Shown here: positions 48,162 through 58,732 of the stretch, piece by piece
How the letters are laid out: each line of letters starts with the position of its first letter
How positions within the stretch are numbered: the first letter of the stretch is position 1
DNA from: Puniceicoccaceae bacterium
Lineage (GTDB): Bacteria; Verrucomicrobiota; Verrucomicrobiia; Opitutales; Oceanipulchritudinaceae
Direction of reading: 5' to 3'
Assembly: GCA_040830765.1 (NCBI GenBank)
Contig: JBFOMH010000025.1
Span: forward strand, 1 to 61,840
DNA length: 61,840 nucleotides
The notes under the pieces: model-generated
The model's input: only the letters and a program-made list of their open reading frames with translations
Told to the model about the DNA's origin: nothing
Databases searched by the model: none
Position numbers and translations under genes: made by a program

Positions 48162-49598
48162 TCAGAGATGACGGGCAATGACAACCGTCAGGTCATCGGA
48201 TTGGGACGGGGCACCGGAAAAGAGGGAAATGCGGTCCAGGATTCCCTGGGTTATCTCCTGGGAATGCCTTGTCCGCAGGCTGCAAACCACCTCTGCCAGT
48301 CGCTCCTTGCCAAATTCCGTACCTTCCTGGTTGGCTACCTCGGTAATGCCATCCGTGTAAAGGGCCAGGATATCCCCCTCGACAAACGGTACCCGGTGGT
48401 CCTGCACGGCGACATTGAAGATTTCGCCCGGAACCATTCCCAAGGCCATTCCATCACAGGCGATGAACTCCGAACGGGTTTCGGGGCCATTGCTCGAGTG
48501 GACCATGATTGGCAGTTCATGCCCGCCCCGGGCAAGAACCAGTTCACCCTTCGCCATGTCAATCACCGCATAGACTATGGTAACAAACATTTCCGGGCGC
48601 ATTTCCCCCAGCATGACATCATTCAATTCCCGCAGTACCTCAGCCGGCGAATCCAGGTCACGGGCAAAGTGCCGCAGGTTGCTCTGACAAATGGCCATCA
48701 GCAGGCTGGCAGGAATCCCTTTTCCGGAAACGTCCGCGATGGCGATCCCGACCCGCGACTCATCGAGCGGGAAAACGTCGTAGAGGTCACCCCCAACCTT
48801 CTGTGCCGGAATGTAGATACTGGCCATCTCCAGCTTGTCGAGACGAGGTAATTCCCGCGGCAAGAGCATGCGCTGGATTTCGTTGGCCAGACCAAGGTCC
48901 ACATCCAGTTTGTTCTTCTCAATCTGTGTGGCCATGAGGTCCAGGTTATGAATAGCGAGACCGGCCTGCTCGGCTATACTGACCGCGAGGGAAAAGTCGG
49001 TATCACCAAAGGAACCGCCATCCGACGGATTGACGATGGCCAGCACCCCGAGGTTCTTTTCCCGGAAGCTGATCGGGACAACAACCACGCTGCGGACTTC
49101 CAGGGAGGGATCCTCGTGCTTGATGATGCGGGGATCATCAAGGGCATTCTCGATCAGGATCCCTTCACCCGTCTTGGCTGCATTTCCAACCAAGCCTTCA
49201 CCCACCTTGAAGATCTCCGACTTGAGGATTTGCTCCACAAACTTTGTCCGGGTTGTGATCTTGGCTCGCGAACTTTCCGGAAGTGGCCGGTGCGGGGGAA
49301 ACAGACCTTCAACCGCAACACCTCGCAACTGGGTTTCCGTCCGCTCGAAAATACAAGCACTGAGTGCACCGGTGCTGAGGATGGCGGCATGGACTACCCG
49401 CTCAAACAGTTCTTCCCGGGTCACACCCTCGCCAATGGCCTCCACCATGTTATGGACAAAATCAAAGACGATCAGCTTCTCTTGGCCCAGCATCTGTCGT
49501 TGTTCATCCAGGCGGACAATCTCCCGCCTTGCCGTCCACCAGAAGAACCATCCGACTCCAAGTCCGAGCACCGCGCCAATGCAAAAAGTAAGGAGCAT
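48162..49598 (-). CDS. Membrane-anchored GAF + PP2C (RsbU/SpoIIE-like) phosphatase
   Basis: N-terminal TM helix; GAF (GEGLVG, SVVVVPI); PP2C (VGGDLYD, ADVSGKG, YTDGITE, DDLT). Confidence 0.9.
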   Translation of the reverse strand: MLLTFCIGAVLGLGVGWFFWWTARREIVRLDEQRQMLGQEKLIVFDFVHNMVEAIGEGVTREELFERVVHAAILSTGALSACIFERTETQLRGVAVEGLFPPHRPLPESSRAKITTRTKFVEQILKSEIFKVGEGLVGNAAKTGEGILIENALDDPRIIKHEDPSLEVRSVVVVPISFREKNLGVLAIVNPSDGGSFGDTDFSLAVSIAEQAGLAIHNLDLMATQIEKNKLDVDLGLANEIQRMLLPRELPRLDKLEMASIYIPAQKVGGDLYDVFPLDESRVGIAIADVSGKGIPASLLMAICQSNLRHFARDLDSPAEVLRELNDVMLGEMRPEMFVTIVYAVIDMAKGELVLARGGHELPIMVHSSNGPETRSEFIACDGMALGMVPGEIFNVAVQDHRVPFVEGDILALYTDGITEVANQEGTEFGKERLAEVVCSLRTRHSQEITQGILDRISLFSGAPSQSDDLTVVIARHL

Positions 49599-49610
49599 GG
49601 CTGACGGGTC

Positions 49611-50126
49611 CTAGTTGTCCTCTACCTGGTTTTTCAGGAAGGAAATAACATCCTGGAACTTGGTCCGGTTGGATGCGTCCACCTCGACAAGGTTCTCATG
49701 CGCCTCCAGTACAAGTCGGGCATTTTCCGCCTGGCTCAGCTTCCCCTTGTTGCCAACTGCTTCAAGGTCCCCAGCGCTCTCCACGGAGGATTGGCTTTCA
49801 CCGGTATCCAGTACCAGCAGGCGATGCAGGCCGAGGTTCTCAATCAATTCCCGGTTACGCTCACCAAGCCGGCACAGGACGACGGAACCCGGGGGGTCCT
49901 TTTTCAAAAGGTTGATTCCCAGCCCGGCCAGTATCCCCAGGAAGGTACTGTCCATTCCAGTACAATTCTTGAAATCGATGATGAACCTCGCCTTCCCTTC
50001 GGACAATAACTGGTCGAAGAGTTCCTTCATCGGCGAACTGTTGAGAAAGGAAGCCTTGCCCTTGATCGTCACTATGACCGGATCGTCATACGGGTTCACA
50101 AGAAACTGTGCATCATCTTGTGTCAT
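49611..50126 (-). CDS. STAS-domain protein
   Basis: IDFKNCTGMDSTFLGIL motif plus a C-terminal helical extension (LEAHENL); ATG at 50126. Confidence 0.85.
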   Translation of the reverse strand: MTQDDAQFLVNPYDDPVIVTIKGKASFLNSSPMKELFDQLLSEGKARFIIDFKNCTGMDSTFLGILAGLGINLLKKDPPGSVVLCRLGERNRELIENLGLHRLLVLDTGESQSSVESAGDLEAVGNKGKLSQAENARLVLEAHENLVEVDASNRTKFQDVISFLKNQVEDN

Positions 50127-50157
50127 GGCCTGTCGGATCAAGCGATGGATTCGCCGT

Positions 50158-52875
50158 TCAGGATTGCTGCAGGAGACTCCTTAAAACATAGGGAAGGATG
50201 CCGCCGTGTCGATAATATTCAACCTCGATACCCGTATCGATGCGGACCTTCAGCTTGGTTTGGACAACCTCTCCATCGGCCCGGACTATATCCAGCACGA
50301 CCTCCTGACCCGGCTTGAGACCATCATCGATCCCGGACAAATTGAATGTCTCACTGCCGTCGAGTTCAAGTGTATCGACATTTTCACCATCGGTGAATTC
50401 AAGAGGGAGGACACCCATACCAATCAGATTGGAACGGTGGATGCGCTCAAAGCTCTTGGCAACGACAGCCTTGACGCCGAGCAGGTTGGTTCCCTTGGCG
50501 GCCCAGTCGCGACTGGAACCCATGCCGTAGTCAACTCCACCAAAAACGATAAGGGGAGTTCCCTTTTCACGGTAAGCTGCGCAAGCATCGAAAATTGGGA
50601 CAACCTCGCCCTCGGGCTGGAGCTTGGTGTATCCACCCTCCTTGCCATCGGCCATGCGATTCTTGATACGGACATTGGCAAACGTTCCCCGTGTCATGAT
50701 TCTGTCGTTACCACGGCGTGAACCAAAGGAATTGAAGTCCTTCTTCTCGACCCCGTGGGACTTGAGGAACTTACCGGCCGGCCCGTCCTCGGGAATGGCC
50801 CCTGCCGGTGAAATGTGGTCGGTGGTGACAGAGTCCCCGAGGATGGCCAGCGGACGCATTCCCTCGAAGGACCGGATTGATCCGGCTTCCATGCCAAAGC
50901 CCTCGAAGAACGGCGGCAACTGGATGTAGGTGCTGCTATCCTTCCACTCATAGAGACTACCGGTGGAGGATAGGATTTCCTTCCATTCGGGATTGGCATT
51001 GAGCACATCACTGTACTGGTCGGCGAACATCTGCGGGCGGATGCCACTGGCAACCGCTTCCGCGATTTCGGCATGGGTTGGCCAGATGTCCTTCAGGAGT
51101 ACCGGATTGCCCTCGGTATCCTGACCGATCGGATCCGTGTCCAAGTTGATGTCGACCGTTCCAGCGAGGGCATAGGCCACGACCAGCGGGGGCGACATCA
51201 GGAAGTTCGCCTTGACCGCGCTGTGCACGCGAGCCTCAAAGTTACGGTTACCACTGAGCACCGAAGCCGTGACCAGGTTCCCTTCCTCGATAGCTGCCTC
51301 CACTTGGGGATCCAGCGGTCCACTGTTGCCAATACAGGTTGTGCAGCCGTAGCCAACCAGGTTGAAGCCCAATTGATCAAGATACGTCTGCAAACCGGTT
51401 TGATTGAGATAGTCCGTCACTACCCGGGAACCCGGAGCAAGGGAGGTCTTGACCAGTGGGTTGACCGTGAGTCCCTTCTCGACTGCCTTCTTGGCCAGGA
51501 GACCGGCTCCAACCATGACAGATGGATTGGAAGTGTTGGTGCACGAAGTAATAGCGGCAATGACAACGGACCCGTTGGTCAGCGAAACCTCTGTGGCAAC
51601 ACTGGTTCCGCCTTCACCCGGCTTGTCCATGGAAGTGGATACCGACTTGTTGCGGTTTTCCGCCGGGATACCGAACCCGCCCTCGGCCACCGGGGCGTCC
51701 ATCAGGAGGTTGAACTTGTCCTTGAGATCCGGAACATCGATTCGATCCTGCGGGCGCTTCGGGCCTGCGACACTGGGAACGATGCTGCCGAGGTCCAGGT
51801 TGAGGACCTTGGTGTAGTCGAGGTCCCCTTCACGCGGAATACCGAACATCCCCTGCGCGGTGTAATAGTCCCTCACCAGGCCGACATCGGCTTCGGATCG
51901 GCCGGTCATCCGCATGTAGTCGAGCGTCTTCTCGTCGATCGGGAAAAAGCCCATCGTGGCGCCGTATTCCGGAGCCATGTTGGCTATGGTCGCACGGTCC
52001 GGAAGGGACAGGCTGGCCGTGCCCTCTCCGAAGAACTCGACAAACTTGCCGACAACCTGCTCTTCACGCAGCAATTGGGTGATGCGCAGGGTAAGGTCGG
52101 TTGCCGTTACGCCCTCACGCAGGACGCCGGTGAGGTTGACCCCAATGACTTCCGGCGTCTGGAAGGCAATCGGCTGCCCCAGCATGCCGGCTTCCGCCTC
52201 GATGCCACCAACGCCCCAACCGACAATGCCGAGTCCGTTGATCATCGTGGTGTGGGAATCAGTCCCGACCAGGGTGTCCGGATAGAACACACCGTCCTTT
52301 TCAAAGACCACCTTGGCCAGGTATTCCAGATTCACCTGGTGGACAATGCCGATCGCCGGTGGAACCACGGAAAAGGTTTCAAAGGCCTGCTGCCCCCACT
52401 TGAGGAATTCGTAACGCTCGCGATTCCGCTCAAATTCAATGCGCAGATTGTCAGCAAAAGCGGAGGCGGTTCCGGCCCGGTCAACCTGGACCGAGTGGTC
52501 GACCACCAAATCGACCGGCACCAGCGGCTCGATGACTGCCGGGTCACCGTCAACCGACCTGACCGCATCCCGCATGGCAGCGAGATCCACCAGCAGGGGA
52601 ACCCCGGTAAAGTCCTGCAGGACAATGCGGCTGACAACGAAAGGAATCTCCTTTGTTCCCGGATTGCGCGGGTTGTAAGCTGCCAGCGCCTCCACGTCAG
52701 CTTTGGTCACCCGCTGGCCATCACAATTGCGCAGGATGGACTCCAGGACTACCCGGATGCTCACCGGGAGCCGGGCAATGGCCCCGAGGCCGCGTTCTTC
52801 CAAAGCCGGAAGGCTATATAACTCGCCGTCACGAAACGGCTTACGCACGGAAAAAGGATCGTTCTCTACACTCAT
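50158..52875 (-). CDS. acnA: Aconitate hydratase A
   Basis: [45 protein letters not shown] and [10 protein letters not shown] motifs. Confidence 0.97.
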   Translation of the reverse strand: MSVENDPFSVRKPFRDGELYSLPALEERGLGAIARLPVSIRVVLESILRNCDGQRVTKADVEALAAYNPRNPGTKEIPFVVSRIVLQDFTGVPLLVDLAAMRDAVRSVDGDPAVIEPLVPVDLVVDHSVQVDRAGTASAFADNLRIEFERNRERYEFLKWGQQAFETFSVVPPAIGIVHQVNLEYLAKVVFEKDGVFYPDTLVGTDSHTTMINGLGIVGWGVGGIEAEAGMLGQPIAFQTPEVIGVNLTGVLREGVTATDLTLRITQLLREEQVVGKFVEFFGEGTASLSLPDRATIANMAPEYGATMGFFPIDEKTLDYMRMTGRSEADVGLVRDYYTAQGMFGIPREGDLDYTKVLNLDLGSIVPSVAGPKRPQDRIDVPDLKDKFNLLMDAPVAEGGFGIPAENRNKSVSTSMDKPGEGGTSVATEVSLTNGSVVIAAITSCTNTSNPSVMVGAGLLAKKAVEKGLTVNPLVKTSLAPGSRVVTDYLNQTGLQTYLDQLGFNLVGYGCTTCIGNSGPLDPQVEAAIEEGNLVTASVLSGNRNFEARVHSAVKANFLMSPPLVVAYALAGTVDINLDTDPIGQDTEGNPVLLKDIWPTHAEIAEAVASGIRPQMFADQYSDVLNANPEWKEILSSTGSLYEWKDSSTYIQLPPFFEGFGMEAGSIRSFEGMRPLAILGDSVTTDHISPAGAIPEDGPAGKFLKSHGVEKKDFNSFGSRRGNDRIMTRGTFANVRIKNRMADGKEGGYTKLQPEGEVVPIFDACAAYREKGTPLIVFGGVDYGMGSSRDWAAKGTNLLGVKAVVAKSFERIHRSNLIGMGVLPLEFTDGENVDTLELDGSETFNLSGIDDGLKPGQEVVLDIVRADGEVVQTKLKVRIDTGIEVEYYRHGGILPYVLRSLLQQS

Positions 52876-52940
52876 TTTTTAATTTCTGCGAAGCCTCCAC
52901 TTAAAGAAATACCCTCAGGTCTTGTCTACCCTAAAGACCC

Positions 52941-52980
52941 AAAAACACGGAATGCCCGGACAATTCCTGCCCGGGCATTC
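52941..52980 (-). terminator. Probable intrinsic terminator of the peroxiredoxin gene
   Basis: GAATGCCCGG (52950-59) / CCGGGCATTC (52971-80) 10-bp stem, followed by GTGTTTTT on the minus strand. Confidence 0.6.
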
Positions 52981-53001
52981 GAAAATCCGATCAAATTGCC
53001 C

Positions 53002-53472
53002 TTATTGCAGGGCAGCCTTGATTTCGTCAAAGGAGGGAACAACAGTCGGATCGTCGCTGGCGCTGCTGTAGACAATCGTCCCATCCAGATCGATAACGAA
53101 GGCGCTCCGTTTTGAAACACCCTTCAGGCCAAGGATCTCGTCATAACTGACATCGTAAGCCTTCGAGACATCCCCATTGAAATCAGAAATCAGCGGGAAA
53201 TTGATGCCGACGGCGCTGGCAAAGGCCGCCTGGGCAAACGGGAGGTCCACGCTGATTCCCAGGACTTGGGCGTTAAGGGACTCATACTGGTCCAACCCAC
53301 CGGAGACTGAGCAGAGTTCCTCCTCGCAGACACTCGAGAAAGCGAAAGGGAAGAAGAGCAGGACCACCTTCTTCTTGCCGATGAAGTCGGAGAGGGCCAC
53401 GTCGGCGAAACCGTCCGCGGTGCGTTGCTTTAAAGTAAAAAGAGGAGCTTTCGTATTAACTGCTAATGCCAT
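53002..53472 (-). CDS. Peroxiredoxin (AhpC/TSA, AhpE-like)
   Basis: FFPFAFSSVC (PxxxSxxC), GISVD, LISDFN and RSAFVID motifs; RBS AAAGGA before ATG 53472. Confidence 0.88.
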   Translation of the reverse strand: MALAVNTKAPLFTLKQRTADGFADVALSDFIGKKKVVLLFFPFAFSSVCEEELCSVSGGLDQYESLNAQVLGISVDLPFAQAAFASAVGINFPLISDFNGDVSKAYDVSYDEILGLKGVSKRSAFVIDLDGTIVYSSASDDPTVVPSFDEIKAALQ

Positions 53473-53629
53473 GTTTCCTTTCTGGTTGTTCAATAAAGAT
53501 GAACTTCAAAATATGGCTCCCCTTTTCCTGAAGGCAATTCCTCCTGTGTTATTTTTAGTAAATTCTCCTCGCGAAGTGAATTGCATCCCGAGGTTGCATT
53601 GCCGGAATCCTCCCTACACTGTCCAAATA

Positions 53630-54331
53630 ATGGCCTACCCATACCAGCAAAGTAACAACCCGGTGGTTCCGCCGCTCATTCTGAATCTGCTCATTGCCAA
53701 CGGAATGATGTTCTTCTTCCAGACCTTCTTCCAGGGGAAGACCGCCGCCATGTTGATCAAGCTGCTGGCATTGTGGCCACTGGGCGGAGCGGCCTGGGCG
53801 GAAAGCTACCCCATGTACGCAAACCAGGTCTCAACCTTTTTCCCCTGGCAGCTGATTACGTATGGATTCCTTCACGGGAACTTCATGCACATCTTCTTCA
53901 ACATGCTGGCACTGTGGATGTTTGGGCGGGAAATTGAACTGCGCTGGGGATCCATGCGGTTTGGCATCTACTACTTCACCTGTGTTGCCGGAGCGGGTCT
54001 ACTTCAGCTCATGGTCGGCACCCTCTCGGTTAATAACGGAGGATTCCCCTATCCCACAGTGGGTGCTTCCGGCGGCACCTTCGGTATCCTCCTGGCCTTT
54101 GGGATGCTGTTTCCCTACCGGAAGATTATGCTGCTCTTCCCCCCCATCCCGATGGAGGCGCGGTATTTTGTCATCATCTTCGGAGGACTTGAGCTGTTTC
54201 TCGGGGTCTCCGGGCTCCGGACCGGCATTGCCCACTTTGCCCACATCGGGGGAATGCTCTTCGGCTTCCTGCTCATCCTTTACTGGCGCGGCAAGCTTCC
54301 CATCAAGCCGAAACACCGGATGTATTGGTAG
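53630..54331 (+). CDS. Rhomboid-family intramembrane serine protease
   Basis: PWQLITYGFLH...HIFFNM, GASGG (catalytic Ser) and AHFAHIGG (catalytic His); ATG at 53630. Confidence 0.92.
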   Translation: MAYPYQQSNNPVVPPLILNLLIANGMMFFFQTFFQGKTAAMLIKLLALWPLGGAAWAESYPMYANQVSTFFPWQLITYGFLHGNFMHIFFNMLALWMFGREIELRWGSMRFGIYYFTCVAGAGLLQLMVGTLSVNNGGFPYPTVGASGGTFGILLAFGMLFPYRKIMLLFPPIPMEARYFVIIFGGLELFLGVSGLRTGIAHFAHIGGMLFGFLLILYWRGKLPIKPKHRMYW

Positions 54332-54340
54332 GTCGTAGGA

Positions 54341-54712
54341 CTAAATATGCCTTGAGTCGTCCTCGTCCTTGGTCGCGTAACCGGTCTCCTGGCGCTCGTG
54401 GTTGACCTTGTTCTTCTTCACGTAGGCGTCATAGACATCGTCGGGGCTCATTCCCAGGACCTGGGCCAGGGAGACCAGGAAGTGGAAAAGATCAACCACT
54501 TCCACCTTGGCATTCTGCTCATCGAAATTCTGGTACTTGGCCCACCATTTCCAGGGAACGGAGTCGATGAGCTCTGCCAGTTCCTGCTGCATGGCCCGTG
54601 TGTAGTTCAGCACCCACTTGGTCTTGCCTTCCTCATCAAGGCCTTCCAGTTCCACACCAATTCGGCGGTTCAATTCCGCCTGCATCGAAAAAATTTCCGC
54701 CAGTTTATCCAT
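54341..54712 (-). CDS. Dimeric (all-alpha) dUTPase
   Basis: QELAEL..SVPWKWW, EVVDLFHF and KNKVNHERQ..GY motifs; ATG at 54712. Confidence 0.85.
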   Translation of the reverse strand: MDKLAEIFSMQAELNRRIGVELEGLDEEGKTKWVLNYTRAMQQELAELIDSVPWKWWAKYQNFDEQNAKVEVVDLFHFLVSLAQVLGMSPDDVYDAYVKKNKVNHERQETGYATKDEDDSRHI

Positions 54713-54824
54713 GGCAACCGTGATGGGCCGATAGCAGGGAAAGGGCAAGTCCGGATTCACCCCACCTTTTATCTTGCTGATGTCCCAGCTTTTGGCCTTC
54801 AATTCCAACACAAAGGTCAACCCG

Positions 54825-55466
54825 ATGCCAAATTTTGAGAATTTAGACCAATACGAGATAACCAACCGCAAATCCGGCAAAAAGGAAATCGTTCCCATCG
54901 CCCCTCATTCCCTGCAAAAGGCGGATTACCGTCCGCGTCCACGCCCTGAAGGCCAGCGTGAACCCAAAAATCAGGGTCCGGAATTTCCCGAAGTGGAAAT
55001 CGAGCCCATTTCCGTCCAGCAAATGGAAAGGGAATTCCGAATGGCGGGAAAAAAATCCCGGAAATCCCGTGGCCGGCGCAAAAAGTCCTGGTTCCAGAAG
55101 CTTCTAAAATGGGTCCGCAAGCTCCTTGGGGGTAAGTCGGGCAAGAAGCGAAACGCCAAGGGGTCCAAGTCGCGCCGCCGACGCCACCGCTCCAACCGGA
55201 AACCATCCGGGCAACAGCGACAGGGCCAAAAGAGCAGGAACCAACAAGGCAAAAATCAACAGGGCAAGGATAGCCAAAAGAGTGGCAACCGGCAACGACG
55301 GCGACGGCGCAAGTCCTCCGGTTCCAATCAGGGCAGTCAGGGAAGCCAGGCCAAGGCAAAATCCGGCGGAGAGAATGCCGGCCAGCAGTCCTCGCAAGGC
55401 GGAAAGAGGCGGAGAAGGAGGCGTTCCAATCGCTCGAGGAACAATTCCAAGGATAATTCCCAGTAA
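54825..55466 (+). CDS. Hypothetical basic low-complexity protein with central amphipathic helix
   Basis: ATG at 54825 (AAAGG upstream); R/K/S/Q/G-rich C-half; ends 15 bp before murA on the same strand. Confidence 0.7.
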   Translation: MPNFENLDQYEITNRKSGKKEIVPIAPHSLQKADYRPRPRPEGQREPKNQGPEFPEVEIEPISVQQMEREFRMAGKKSRKSRGRRKKSWFQKLLKWVRKLLGGKSGKKRNAKGSKSRRRRHRSNRKPSGQQRQGQKSRNQQGKNQQGKDSQKSGNRQRRRRRKSSGSNQGSQGSQAKAKSGGENAGQQSSQGGKRRRRRRSNRSRNNSKDNSQ

Positions 55467-55481
55467 TATAGGACGGTAACG

Positions 55482-56786
55482 ATGGAGGTATTCCGAGTTG
55501 AAGGCGGCCACAAGTTAAGCGGGTCCGTGGCAGCAGGCGGAGCCAAGAATGCCGCCTTGCCGATTTTCGCGGCAACGCTGCTCACGGCCGGAATCTGTCG
55601 CATCCATGCCGTGCCGGACCTGACGGATATCCGCTTCATGGCCAAGATCCTTCGCCACCTCGGCGCCCGGGTCGACCAGATAGGACCGAATTCATGGGAG
55701 ATTGAAGCCGGAGAAGTCCATCACAAGGCACCTTATGAATTGGTCCGGCAAATGCGGGCTTCCATTTGCTTGCTGGGGCCGCTTGTTGGTCGCTTGCGGA
55801 CGGCTGAAGTTTCCCTTCCCGGAGGTTGTGTCATCGGACCGCGCCCCATAGACCTGCACCTGAAGGGTCTGAGCCGACTGGGCTGCAAATTGTCCATTCG
55901 CAAGGGGTACGTGGATGTCGATGGATCCGGCCTCTGTGGTGATTACCTTTACCTTGGCGGTCGTCATGGCTCGACCGTCACCGGAACCGCCAACATGATC
56001 ATGGCCGCGGTCCTTGCCCCTGGCACCACCCGGATTGAAAGTGCGGCCTGTGAACCGGAAGTGGTCGATCTCTGCCAGATGCTGGTCAAGATGGGGGCCA
56101 AAATCCAGGGAATCGGCAGCCACTACCTCAAGATTGAAGGGGTAAAGGAATTAACGGGCTGCGAGCACACGGTTCTGCCGGACCGCATCGAAGCCGGCAC
56201 CCTGCTCGTTGCCGGCGCCATTACCAATAGCGAAATCACCGTCCAGAATGTCATTCCCGGTCACATGCGGGCGCTTCTCGACGTGATGGAATCCTGCGGA
56301 ATCCCCTTTGATTGCCAACCGGACCAGCGCCAGATAACGGTTGAGCCGCACAAGCATACACTCAAGCCGGTGGAAATCATCACCCTTCCCCATCCGGGCT
56401 TTCCCACCGATCTGCAGGCCCAGATGCTGGCCTTGATGACCGTTACCAAGGGACTGAGCTTCATTACCGAGCGCGTCTACCCGAACCGTTTCATGCACGT
56501 TCCAGAACTATCCCGGATGGGCGCACACATTTCGATGGAAGGATCCTCCGCGGTCGTCAACGGGATAGACCGCCTTAATGGAGCCCCGGTCATGGCATCT
56601 GACCTGCGCGCCAGTGCCGCCCTTGTCCTTGCCGGGCTGGCAGCCGAGGGAGATACCTGGATCCAGCGTATTTACCACCTCGACCGTGGCTATGAGAAAC
56701 TTGAGGAAAAATTGAACCACCTGGGCGCCAAAGTTGAACGACTGTCCCAGGACGCCATTCCAAGTGACCTTGTGGAGGAAGAATGA
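55482..56786 (+). CDS. murA: UDP-N-acetylglucosamine 1-carboxyvinyltransferase
   Basis: [23 protein letters not shown] (active-site Cys present), [12 protein letters not shown] and HLDRGY motifs. Confidence 0.97.
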   Translation: MEVFRVEGGHKLSGSVAAGGAKNAALPIFAATLLTAGICRIHAVPDLTDIRFMAKILRHLGARVDQIGPNSWEIEAGEVHHKAPYELVRQMRASICLLGPLVGRLRTAEVSLPGGCVIGPRPIDLHLKGLSRLGCKLSIRKGYVDVDGSGLCGDYLYLGGRHGSTVTGTANMIMAAVLAPGTTRIESAACEPEVVDLCQMLVKMGAKIQGIGSHYLKIEGVKELTGCEHTVLPDRIEAGTLLVAGAITNSEITVQNVIPGHMRALLDVMESCGIPFDCQPDQRQITVEPHKHTLKPVEIITLPHPGFPTDLQAQMLALMTVTKGLSFITERVYPNRFMHVPELSRMGAHISMEGSSAVVNGIDRLNGAPVMASDLRASAALVLAGLAAEGDTWIQRIYHLDRGYEKLEEKLNHLGAKVERLSQDAIPSDLVEEE

Positions 56787-56787
56787 C

Positions 56788-57828
56788 ATGAGCGATAATC
56801 CCACTGGCCATGATTTTCTTTCCCAGGCCATCTCGCGGGATGAATCGCGGGATGCCGCCCTCCGGCCGACCAGTTTCGAAGACTTTCGTGGGCAACCCAA
56901 GACCGTCGAGCGCTTGACCATCATGACGGGTGCAGCCCTTAAGCGTGACGACGTCATGGGGCATGTCCTGCTCAGTGGACCTCCTGGTCTCGGCAAGACA
57001 ACCCTCGCTCACATCATCGGTCATGTCATGGAACGGAAGGTCCATCTCACGGCCGGCCCGGTAATCGACAAGCCGGGTGACCTCGCCGGGATGCTGACCA
57101 ACCTTGAGGAAGGAGATATCCTCTTCATTGACGAAATCCATCGCATTCCCAAGACCGTCGAGGAATTCCTCTACAGCGCAATGGAGGATTTCAGGATTGA
57201 TATCATGGTGGACCAGGGTCCCAACGCGCGCTCGGTCCGCCTTGAACTGCCCCGGTTTACCCTCATCGGGGCGACAACCCGGATGGGCCTCTTGACCGCC
57301 CCCTTGCGCAGTCGCTTCACGCTTCAGTCCAGACTGGATTACTACAACCGGGATAACCTCGAGCACATCGTCCATCGCAGCTGCGGATTACTGGAAGTAC
57401 CGGTCAAGGAGGACGGGGCCAGGGAAATTGCCGGGCGTGCCCGCGGTACACCCCGGATAGCAAATAACCTCATCCACTTTGTCCGCGACTATGCCCAGGA
57501 ACGGGCGGATGGCATCATTACCCGCGATGTCGCCTCAAAGGCACTCGCTCTTCTTGAGATTGATGAGCGCGGCCTTGATGAGATGGACAAGCGCATCCTC
57601 GATGTCATGGGCCGTCATTACAAGGGTGGTCCGGTCGGGCTGGGAACCATCGCCGTGGCCGTCGGGGAAGAACAACAGACTCTCGAGGAAGTCCACGAAC
57701 CGTACCTCATCCAGGAGGGCTACCTGCAGCGAACTCCCCAGGGCCGGATCCTCACCCCCAGTGGTTGGGCCGTTTCCGGGCATAACCCGGCCAGTGATTC
57801 CCAGGCGGAACTTGGTCTCAATTCCTGA
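56788..57828 (+). CDS. ruvB: Holliday junction branch migration helicase RuvB
   Basis: LRP..F....[33 protein letters not shown] and EPYL motifs; ATG at 56788. Confidence 0.97.
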   Translation: MSDNPTGHDFLSQAISRDESRDAALRPTSFEDFRGQPKTVERLTIMTGAALKRDDVMGHVLLSGPPGLGKTTLAHIIGHVMERKVHLTAGPVIDKPGDLAGMLTNLEEGDILFIDEIHRIPKTVEEFLYSAMEDFRIDIMVDQGPNARSVRLELPRFTLIGATTRMGLLTAPLRSRFTLQSRLDYYNRDNLEHIVHRSCGLLEVPVKEDGAREIAGRARGTPRIANNLIHFVRDYAQERADGIITRDVASKALALLEIDERGLDEMDKRILDVMGRHYKGGPVGLGTIAVAVGEEQQTLEEVHEPYLIQEGYLQRTPQGRILTPSGWAVSGHNPASDSQAELGLNS

Positions 57829-57830
57829 GA

Positions 57831-58664
57831 ATGGATATGGAGGAGCCTGCTATTCCGGAAAAGGCCCTTTTGTCGGCGGACAACCTCAGGATATCCATTG
57901 GCCAACCGGCCGTGGAGGCGGTCAGGGGAATCCGTTTTGCCATAAACAAGGGGGAGATCCTTGGACTGGCCGGGGAAAGTGGCAGTGGCAAGTCCGTTAC
58001 CGCCCTTTCGCTCACCCGACTGCTGCCACCCTCCGCATCCCCTTGCTATGCTGGCAACGTCAATCTCGACGGCATCCCGGGCAACCTCCTGGAACTTCCC
58101 GAATCGCGCTTGCGGCAGATTCGCGGTCCCCGCATTGCTTACGTATTCCAGGAGCCCTCCTCCAGCTTTAATCCGGTGTTCTCCATCCGGAATCACCTCG
58201 AGGAGATCCTTAAACTGCAAGGCGTGAAAAGGAGTGCCCGCCTCCCAGCCATCCGGCAGGCCATGGAGGAAGTCGGCATCGAGCCCAGCCGAGACAACCT
58301 GGAGGCTTATCCGGGAAGCTTCAGTGGCGGGATGCTGCAGCGGATGGCCATTGCCTGCGCACTCCTCTACAAACCCGATTTGCTCGTTGCCGACGAACCC
58401 ACAACAGCCCTCGACACTTCGACCCAGAAACGGGTGGTGGATCTCCTCACGCAGTTGAACCGGGATCATGGCATGGCGATCCTGTTCATCTCCCACAATC
58501 TCGGCTTACTGAGACAGCTGGCCGGTCGACTCCTTGTCATGAAAACCGGGGAAATTGTCGAATCCGGAACCGCGGACTCGGTCCTGGATTCCCCACAGCA
58601 TGCATATACACAAGAGCTGGTTCGCTCGATTCCGAAGCTGAAGCTGGCGGATGACCAAAGCTAA
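57831..58664 (+). CDS. Peptide/nickel ABC transporter ATP-binding subunit (DppD/OppD type)
   Basis: GESGSGKS, FQEP, FSGGMLQR, ADEPTTALD and PQHAYT motifs. Confidence 0.9.
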   Translation: MDMEEPAIPEKALLSADNLRISIGQPAVEAVRGIRFAINKGEILGLAGESGSGKSVTALSLTRLLPPSASPCYAGNVNLDGIPGNLLELPESRLRQIRGPRIAYVFQEPSSSFNPVFSIRNHLEEILKLQGVKRSARLPAIRQAMEEVGIEPSRDNLEAYPGSFSGGMLQRMAIACALLYKPDLLVADEPTTALDTSTQKRVVDLLTQLNRDHGMAILFISHNLGLLRQLAGRLLVMKTGEIVESGTADSVLDSPQHAYTQELVRSIPKLKLADDQS

Positions 58665-58732
58665 TGGGACGGTTTTTCCCTTGCCGACACGTATTTCCCC
58701 AAAGATAATCATTCCTTAAGGAGAATCGGAAT

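Noticed and set aside
51073..52821. 582-aa ORF on the + strand
   Set aside because: It is fully antisense to acnA with codon-aligned frame; a typical shadow ORF of GC-biased codon usage with no recognisable motifs.
54817..55575. 252-aa minus-strand ORF opposite the basic protein
   Set aside because: It overlaps the murA start and has Cys/Trp-rich random composition; the + strand ORF fits the operon.
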